A stretch of 63,035 bases of DNA, counting the filler, from Sanchytrium tribonematis (taxonomy: Eukaryota), in NCBI GenBank assembly GCA_018985235.1. It is 17 parts of 17 records of this genome, joined end to end, with 100 filler letters (N's around TTAATTAATTAA, not from the genome) between each part and the next. Parts side by side here need not be neighbours in the genome. Positions count along the whole stretch, not along the records: positions 55,969 to 57,667 come from JADGIG010001228.1; positions 57,768 to 59,462 come from JADGIG010001229.1; positions 59,563 to 61,253 come from JADGIG010001230.1; positions 61,354 to 63,035 come from JADGIG010001231.1; 13 more parts are not named here. One strand, given 5' to 3'. Below the pieces are notes generated by a model that had not been told where the DNA came from, did no database searches, and worked only from the letters and a program-made list of their open reading frames with translations. This document shows positions 55,969 to 63,035 of this stretch, piece after piece. The stretch's first letter is position 1. Each line of letters begins with the position of its first letter. Position numbers and translations under genes: made by a program.

Positions 55969-57196
55969 GTTCTGGCCAAGCTCAAATCGCACAACTTGAA
56001 CCTGACATCTATTAATTCGACCACCACGAAAGACCCTAGTGCTGACTATCAATTTAACATTCTATTCGAGTCTCCCAAAGAATATGATCTTTCAAAGCTT
56101 AAGGCTGATCTTATGTCTGAGACAGACATCAAATACTGCCATATTACTTCAACCAAAGACGACGAATTTTCAGCATGGTTTCCAAAGCAAATTAAAGACT
56201 TAGACACTTTCGCAGAGAAGGTTATGAGTTACGGGATGGAGCTTGATGCCGACCATCCTGGATTTAAAGATCCTGACTACAGAAAAAGACGATCGGACAT
56301 TACTGAAATGGCAAAAACTTACAAGACTGGAATGCCGTTACCCCACGTTGACTATACTAAAGCAGAATTAGAGACTTGGAAAATCGTTTATACTGAACTT
56401 ACAAAACTATTTTCTACACACGCTTGCTCTGAACATCAGCAAGTTTTTCCTTTACTTGTTCGTCATTGTGGCTATGGGCCGAATAATATTCCTCAAATTC
56501 AAGATATTTCAAACTTTTTAAAGACTTGCACTGGCTTTACTCTGAGACCGGTTATGGGACTTTTAAGCTCAAGAGATTTTTTGAATGGCCTTGCATTCAG
56601 AGTTTTTCACTCGACTCAATATATTAGACACTCTAGCAAGCCGTTTTACACACCAGAACCTGATGTGTGCCATGAACTTCTTGGACATGTCCCGATGTTT
56701 GCTGATCCCGATTTCGCTGATTTTTCTCAAGAAATTGGTTTAGCTTCACTAGGCGCAAGTGACGATGATATCAAAAAATTAGCAACTGTATTTATTTTTA
56801 ACTTAGTTATATTGGTTTACAGTAGAGTTTGGAGTTACCAAAGAAGGTGATGAAATAAGAGCCTACGGCGCCGGTTTATTAAGTAGCTTTGGTGAATTGG
56901 AATATTGTGTTAGTGCAAAGCCGAAACATGTTCCCATGGATCCATGGAAAGCTGTAGAAACAAAATATCCCATTACAGAATTCCAACCGCTTTACTATGT
57001 GACTGAGTCTTTTAAAAAAATGAAGCAACAAGTGAGAGAATTCTCGAAAACTTTGAAGCGAAAGTTTGGAGTTCGCTATAATCCTTACACTGAATCGATC
57101 GAAGTTCTAGATTCCCATCAACAAATCGTGCGATTTATTCAAGATATTCATGGCGATATGGAGGTCTTGTTGGATGCCTTAGAGATACTTAAATAA
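55969..57196 (+). CDS. PAH: Phenylalanine 4-hydroxylase (5' partial); exons ..56787, 56807-57196
   Basis: [46 protein letters not shown] after splicing, [17 protein letters not shown]. Confidence 0.95.
56788..56806 (+). other. 19-nt spliceosomal intron
   Basis: gtatttatttttaacttag; restores [13 protein letters not shown]. Confidence 0.95.
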
Positions 57197-57197
57197 A

Positions 57198-57667
57198 TTA
57201 TTTCCAAAAATTGATTCCTTTCAGAATTTTTTCCAAGGTGTTCTTGGCAATAATTTTCGCCTTCTCCGTACCTTCAAGAAGTAATTTGAGCGCCATCTCA
57301 TCCGATGTAGCACTGTGCTTCTCTCGAATCGGCCCAATGATATTGATTACTGATTCAATCGTTAGAATTTTAAGCTTTGAATGCAAGGAGCTACCTTCAT
57401 ATTTTTTTAATTCTAATACTGTGTCTGTTATTGATTCATTTCGGCAACCAGAAATAACTTGGCAAAGATTCATAATACCGGGTCTACTATCAAGATTATC
57501 CAAATTACATTGATCGTCAGTTATAGCTTTCGATATTTTTTCAGAAATAAGGTTATCTGAATCTGTCAAAAAAATGCACGACTTAATATTTGGATCAGAT
57601 TTGGACATTTTTTTGAACGGATTTCTTAATGATTTGACTCTTGGATTTGAAGATAGTAAAGCTTTCG
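57198..57667 (-). CDS. MSW1: Mitochondrial tryptophanyl-tRNA synthetase, 3' part
   Basis: RVKSLRNPFKKMSKSD, I.L.D....I..KI.KAITD, RPGIMNL. Confidence 0.88.
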
Positions 57668-57767
57668 NNNNNNNNNNNNNNNNNNNNNNNNNNNNNNNNN
57701 NNNNNNNNNNNTTAATTAATTAANNNNNNNNNNNNNNNNNNNNNNNNNNNNNNNNNNNNNNNNNNNN

Positions 57768-58248
57768 ACAAGATCATATTACTCATAAATAAATTTTTGA
57801 GCATTTTCTCGATTTTATTGTATCCAAATATAAACTTTTCAGGTTGGTCGGTAAATCCTTTAATAAACGGATCGCAATTTTGGGCTATTAATTTGAGTAT
57901 AAAATGTTCAGTACTAGATTCTGTCACTTGATCGGCATTTAAAACCAAAACACCATGGATTTTTGTATAGTCAATTATTTCAGTTAGCAAATCAGTGATT
58001 AAAATTCTAGAGGTAACTGATATAACTCCACCTTGTTCATAACCAGAGATTCTCTTTTTGATAGATATTTCATTTGTAGTCGTTGGATTCGGATGATTTA
58101 TAACCAGAACTAAATTACCTTTAGGTACAATAAGCTGCTGAATGAATCTATCTATGATAATTTCCATTCCTAGTCCTTTTGCAAGTACAAGAAGGCCATC
58201 TTCATTTTGTAAATTCGAGACAATGGTGGAGTGGAATGGTAAGTTCAT
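57768..58248 (-). CDS. RAD1: DNA repair endonuclease XPF/Rad1, 5' part
   Basis: DGLLVLAKGLG, Y.QGGVISVTSRILITDLL, ESSTEHFIL, FIKGFTDQPE. Confidence 0.9.
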
Positions 58249-58359
58249 TTTGCCAGAAACTAGGAGGAAATTGAAGTATCAAAATAACATACGCACTTTA
58301 ATACCGATAAAGTCAAGTTATACTTATAAAATATTGCAACCGAATATTAGACAATGTTT

Positions 58360-59462
58360 TTATTTTGGAAACAAATCAGTCAAAGTCCAGTCTGGATAAG
58401 GACCTGATCGGAGAGGATTTTTCAGCAAATAGTCTAAAATTGGGTCTGATAAATTATCAAAAGACTTTTTATCAACTTTAACATTATAAACATTAGCACA
58501 GTGAATTGCCCAATACAGCTGCAAGCAGCCAATACTTTTGTAAACAAAATTATTTTTGTCTGAAAACCAATTTAATATTGCCGATTGTATTCGTTGTTTC
58601 TCGTTTACGGAAAAATCAGAACGGCTTTTTACTAGTCTTTCGAATGTGAAAGAATGAAGCTCGCCATAGTCCCAAAACCCCTGGATATATGTAATAAGGA
58701 AATCAAAATTTGCATGTTCAACAAGATACTTACAAACTATATCACATTCAGGATAATCATTTTCAAAGCTGTCTTTTAATAATTTTTGAATAGAGCTAGT
58801 GTAATAATTCGATTGATCAAGGTCCATTAGTAGATTGAGTGGTGTAGTCGGACTTTGTGAATAAAACACTAGTGTTTTTCTAAAATTTAAGTCAAGTCTG
58901 TAATTTGTCAATATTTTTGAGCAAGATATTTTAACATAATGTTCAATTTCATCCTCTGGCATCTTTAACTCGGATACCAATACGTGGAACTCAAACGAGT
59001 CAGATCGCACAATTGTTTTGAAATTATGTAGTACTTTTCCTACTTCTTCGACCACTTGAAATGCCAACAATCTCATGACTTCATTCATCAAGTCATCCAC
59101 CATTAACGGAGAAATAGGAACACCAAAAGAAGATTTTTCCTTGCACTTGAGTAAAGACTGCTCGATCGCATTGTACCAAATGTCATGCGGTTTTTTCAAG
59201 GTTTTGTCATGAAATCTATTGCTGAAAATCCAGAAGATTGCATGAGTGTAAAAATTCGGATAAAATTGGTTTATGTTTGTGCAGAATACTTGTACTTTTG
59301 GGCTCCCAAGATCTGTAGCTATTTTTTTCCTTTTCTCATATAAATCCGTGTAATCAAGGCGGTCCACAAAATAAAGATTAGATTTGATTGAGCCGTATTG
59401 TCCCTCTAAATCATCGAGACATTGTTTTTTGAAAGTTGAATACATTTTCATTTCTATCTCTA
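58360..59462 (-). CDS. Hypothetical helical protein (weak RINT1/Tip20 resemblance), possibly 5' partial
   Basis: 363-aa ORF ending at TAA within AATAAA; KKPHDIWY and HVLVSEL loosely recall KPEWY and HLIDE. Confidence 0.55.
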
Positions 59463-59562
59463 NNNNNNNNNNNNNNNNNNNNNNNNNNNNNNNNNNNNNN
59501 NNNNNNTTAATTAATTAANNNNNNNNNNNNNNNNNNNNNNNNNNNNNNNNNNNNNNNNNNNN

Positions 59563-59697
59563 AAATCATTTCTTGAGAATGTCATTCGTGATGCTGTTAC
59601 TTATGCTGAATACGCTAAAAGAAAGACTGTTACTTCATTGGATGTTGTTTATGCATTGAAGAGACAAGGAAGAACTCTCTATGGATTTGGTGCTTAA
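59563..59697 (+). CDS. HHF1: Histone H4, C-terminal half
   Basis: [44 protein letters not shown]. Confidence 0.96.
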   Translation, partial: KSFLENVIRDAVTYAEYAKRKTVTSLDVVYALKRQGRTLYGFGA

Positions 59698-59787
59698 TAA
59701 ATTCAATTTACTCGCAACTATTCGCAATTTTATGTCTCATAAAGATGTTTGTGATTGATTTGGATCCCCTAAGGAGTTTCCTGTGAA

Positions 59788-60846
59788 ATGATTTGGACAT
59801 TACTTTTTGCAATCACTTTGAATTGCGAAAGACCCATGCCAAATGGTGATGTAGAGAAAATCGAATTCAATAGCAAAAACCATCTATTTCACAATGGCCA
59901 TGAAATCAAGATAAGTGATCGTAAAATCCAATTTGTTCAATTACATCACAAACCATTTTCCATTAGAGTCATCAATGTCTATGGATACACTCAATTCCGT
60001 GTTCAACCGCACAACATGGTTCAAATTTATGAAAAGAAATTTGTCTTTAAAGGATTGACTTGTAATTTGGACATTAATCAATTGGCAGATGATGCTTCAA
60101 ATGCACTTTTCATTTGCTCGCATCGCGGCATTGGTCCAAAAGGTAATTTTGGCAACAATTTGGTCAAATATTATGCATTTCATTCGTCACAAAAAGAGAA
60201 TCCAATTATTTTGGAATTTGGCAATCAAATTTCCACACAAATAGAATTCAATGACGAGCAACAGTGGCAAGCTGTCATTAATGGCAATGAAGAAACACAA
60301 ACTACAATTCAACTGACTAATGATCAGGACAAGTTTTCCTTTTTTCATCAAAATGACATTCCTAATGAAGAAACTGAGCAACGATCTATTGTATCCTGTT
60401 ATGTTCTCATTATAGACAATGCATATCCGATTAACAGACTCACAATTGAAAGGCCTTTCTACTCTGATCTCAAGCATATTCGAGCTGAAATTGGAAATAT
60501 ACATTACGAGGGAGAGTTGGATGAATATGGGGATGTTTTAGAATTAGGTGACAATGGCCAATATATTTATGCATTTATGGGTCCAGCTATGACTATTTCA
60601 GAGAAATATTTATTAGAAAATGACATTTATATTGTAACAGAAATAGGGAAATATTACAGGATTCCAGAGGATATGTGGACTAATATTAAATTTAAAATTG
60701 GGGATTGGACTATGAATGGAATGGATAAGAATTTGGAGGAAGTACCTTTTATCGAGAACTATAATTACGTAGAACCAATTGAAACAGACTTATTCACCAC
60801 TAATTTAAAAGAATATGCTCAATTATTGAGAAATTTAAATCAATAA
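59788..60846 (+). CDS. Hypothetical secreted protein (352 aa)
   Basis: Short signal MIWTLLFA, beta-rich ORF, TAA within AATAAA. Confidence 0.65.
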   Translation: MIWTLLFAITLNCERPMPNGDVEKIEFNSKNHLFHNGHEIKISDRKIQFVQLHHKPFSIRVINVYGYTQFRVQPHNMVQIYEKKFVFKGLTCNLDINQLADDASNALFICSHRGIGPKGNFGNNLVKYYAFHSSQKENPIILEFGNQISTQIEFNDEQQWQAVINGNEETQTTIQLTNDQDKFSFFHQNDIPNEETEQRSIVSCYVLIIDNAYPINRLTIERPFYSDLKHIRAEIGNIHYEGELDEYGDVLELGDNGQYIYAFMGPAMTISEKYLLENDIYIVTEIGKYYRIPEDMWTNIKFKIGDWTMNGMDKNLEEVPFIENYNYVEPIETDLFTTNLKEYAQLLRNLNQ

Positions 60847-60963
60847 ATAGTTTAAGTGCATTTTTGGTCCAAGTTTGACGAGTCACGATGTCTCACGCGA
60901 TGTCTATATTCACGTGTTTAAAACATCGCACCTTCAAGCCACTCGTAGTTTTTGGACCACTTC

Positions 60964-61253
60964 ATGTCAATTAAACACGCGATATTTACTCTATTTTCTC
61001 TACTATGGATTCCAATTGCGTATGGCGTATCACCAGATTGTCCATTAATCATTTCATTTGCTAAAGGATTGAATATGCATATTCAGAATGTGAATTTGTA
61101 TAATCAATTGAAAACAGATTGTTGTTCAGCAAATTCTGGATTATATTGTGGGGGAAATACGATTTATTCGATTACTTGGAATGGGATGAATTTGGATGGA
61201 TTTATGAACATGAGTGCGATTCCATCTAGTGTGAATTTAATCAATTTGGCAGC
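60964..61253 (+). CDS. Secreted LRR-family protein, N-terminal part
   Basis: Signal peptide and the same DCP.II.F..GLN...DCC cap as 49508. Confidence 0.72.
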
Positions 61254-61353
61254 NNNNNNNNNNNNNNNNNNNNNNNNNNNNNNNNNNNNNNNNNNNNTTA
61301 ATTAATTAANNNNNNNNNNNNNNNNNNNNNNNNNNNNNNNNNNNNNNNNNNNN

Positions 61354-61498
61354 CGACTCTCACCGAAGAGATTCGTACAACGACAGGAGAAATGACCGAA
61401 GACCTCCTGTAGATCGAAGAGACTCGCGTGATACACACGACAGGCGCAGTGATGAATCTAGAAGCAGACAATCATCATATGAACACCGACGAAGGTAA
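61354..61498 (+). CDS. 3' end of an RD/RS-rich protein
   Basis: DSHRRDSYNDRRNDRR...EHRRR ending at TAATAAA. Confidence 0.55.
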
Positions 61499-61539
61499 TA
61501 AATATACATTTACTTTTAAAATTGAAGTGGATGACAGAT

Positions 61540-63035
61540 TTATTGTTCACATCGACTAGTAGGTATATCCTGATCTCCAGAAATCCATTTCTCGAATGCG
61601 ATACCACATACGATAAGCATTCCTGAAATTCCAAATAAAAATAGCAATATATCTTTTAACTTTTGAGTCCTTGTTTGAGCAACTGCTTTGTAATGTAAAA
61701 ATGCTGGCCAACAAAAGGACAATGGTATGCAGGCAAAGGCACCAATAAACGTAACCAGCAGCTCGAGCTGTGACTGGCCAGCCCAAGCCAAATAGCTTAA
61801 AATAGATACCAATCCAATTCTAAACATGTTTTTTTGCCATTTGTGCCAAATATTATGTTTACCGTTATAAACTTCAGGTGGAAATATGCCTTGTTCTAAA
61901 ATTCGCAAAGCAGGAAACAATTGAAGTGGCCAACTCAAAATGATTGCCAAGACATACAAAAACTGAACAACTGAAAGCATTGGAGTGCCAGGTAGATTTA
62001 GTAAAATCACAGTCTGAGTCTTTTCCCCAAAGGCATTATAAGAAACGGCACCCATTATGGTATAAATAATGCTTACGGTGAACATGCAAACACTCAAGAC
62101 ACGTCCCATTTTTTGGGGTTCTTGCATTGCCTGAGAAATAGGAATTATCAATCCTACGCCTTCAAATGTATAAACTGCAGTTCCTAAAAAAAGAGCAATC
62201 TTGTCAGGAGAATTAATATATTGGATTGTAGGAAGCTCAGCAAATTGATCTAAATCTCCACTCAAGACATACACTACGCCAAATAGAATAAAGACATCCG
62301 CTATAATTGAAGTGTAACTAAAATAATGAATACGTCTGACTAATGACAAAGGGATATAAAATAAGACTTGAGCAAATATCAGCCAAGTTTCATCTGGTTG
62401 AAATTCACAATTAGACCATAAGGCAATTGCATCTTTCATATTATGAGCACAAAATACAAAATAAGCAACACAAAAACCAAGTTGAGAAAATATTATCGAT
62501 ATCAATACAATCACTTTGGCTTTTGGACCGTATAATCTTTCTGCAATATCTCCAAATGATATATTTGGCATTATTTTTGTTACTTCAATTAATAATAACA
62601 TTCCATAATTTGTTAAAAATGCAACAACAAGTAAAGATATGGAACTAAATATGAGCCCTCCATTTAGAAAAGCTCTGGGAAGAAATAAAATGCCAGTTCC
62701 TATGAAAGATTTCATGAGTAGAAAAAAAGTCTTTTTGACAGAAGCACCCGTCATTCTTTGCTGTTGCGAAGTTGGGGAGCCCAGAAGCGGTTGCTCCTCA
62801 TCTGTACCAGAGTCTGAATCTTCAAAATAATATCCACCAGCAAAATTTCCGTATAAAAGTATAAAATCAAGAGTGCTAGGCGTTAATGCTTGTCCCATTG
62901 TGCTCGATCTATCTAATTCGTTGCTGTTTGACAAATGATGCCTTCTGAACTTACCAGGTCCGAGTAGTTCAGAAGCACCTTCAACATCTCTAAGATCGGG
63001 CGTTGATTTGTTTTTCCTAATCTCATAATTATCAA
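61540..63035 (-). CDS. Vacuolar amino acid transporter (Avt3/Avt4, Aa_trans), 5' partial
   Basis: LYGNFAG, LMKSFIGTGILFLPRAF.NGG, SQLGF, GTAVYTFEGVGLIIP, PLQLFPA. Confidence 0.92.
   Translation of the reverse strand, partial: DNYEIRKNKSTPDLRDVEGASELLGPGKFRRHHLSNSNELDRSSTMGQALTPSTLDFILLYGNFAGGYYFEDSDSGTDEEQPLLGSPTSQQQRMTGASVKKTFFLLMKSFIGTGILFLPRAFLNGGLIFSSISLLVVAFLTNYGMLLLIEVTKIMPNISFGDIAERLYGPKAKVIVLISIIFSQLGFCVAYFVFCAHNMKDAIALWSNCEFQPDETWLIFAQVLFYIPLSLVRRIHYFSYTSIIADVFILFGVVYVLSGDLDQFAELPTIQYINSPDKIALFLGTAVYTFEGVGLIIPISQAMQEPQKMGRVLSVCMFTVSIIYTIMGAVSYNAFGEKTQTVILLNLPGTPMLSVVQFLYVLAIILSWPLQLFPALRILEQGIFPPEVYNGKHNIWHKWQKNMFRIGLVSILSYLAWAGQSQLELLVTFIGAFACIPLSFCWPAFLHYKAVAQTRTQKLKDILLFLFGISGMLIVCGIAFEKWISGDQDIPTSRCEQ

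Noticed and set aside
17921..61353. Recurrent TTAATTAATTAA flanked by N runs
   Set aside because: Identical 100-nt six-frame-stop linker added when contigs were concatenated; not a repeat or CRISPR array, and cross-spacer neighbourhoods are meaningless
279..63035. Full TAA/TAG-to-Gln reassignment as in Amoeboaphelidium or ciliates
   Set aside because: TAA clearly terminates most conserved genes and long ORFs are free of internal stops; only rare or context-dependent readthrough remains possible
1..63035. tRNA, snRNA or CRISPR loci
   Set aside because: No cloverleaf, U-snRNA signature or repeat-spacer array was recognisable by eye; divergent snRNAs could still be missed without covariance searches

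Overview
The window is not one locus. It is 17 separate assembly contigs joined by 16 artificial 100-nt spacers (N44-TTAATTAATTAA-N44), so genes on different contigs are not linked. The DNA is AT-rich, very compact and eukaryotic nuclear. Chs7, a fungal-type histone H4, an AVT-family transporter and the LSU rRNA, together with centriolar CEP164 and phenylalanine hydroxylase, point to an early-diverging, flagellated (zoosporic) fungus (inference). Contents: about 45 host genes or gene fragments; a 7.3-22.3 kb transposon-rich stretch (Ty3/gypsy, Helitron-like, non-LTR, Tc1 and pogo remnants plus one intact Tc1 element); and an LSU rDNA fragment with three group I introns. The main signal is a miniature splicing system. 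All 10 spliceosomal introns I could reconstruct are exactly 19 nt (GT...TWAYWTAG), with an invariant putative branch A six nt from the 3' end. There is one intron per gene, always within 435 nt of the stop codon, and two are in transposases. The genome also encodes strongly shortened Slu7 and Cwc15. Stop codons are usually fused with AATAAA, convergent genes are as little as 1-12 nt apart, and three host ORFs contain isolated in-frame TAA/TAG codons. All protein calls come from motif recognition by eye; no database search was run.
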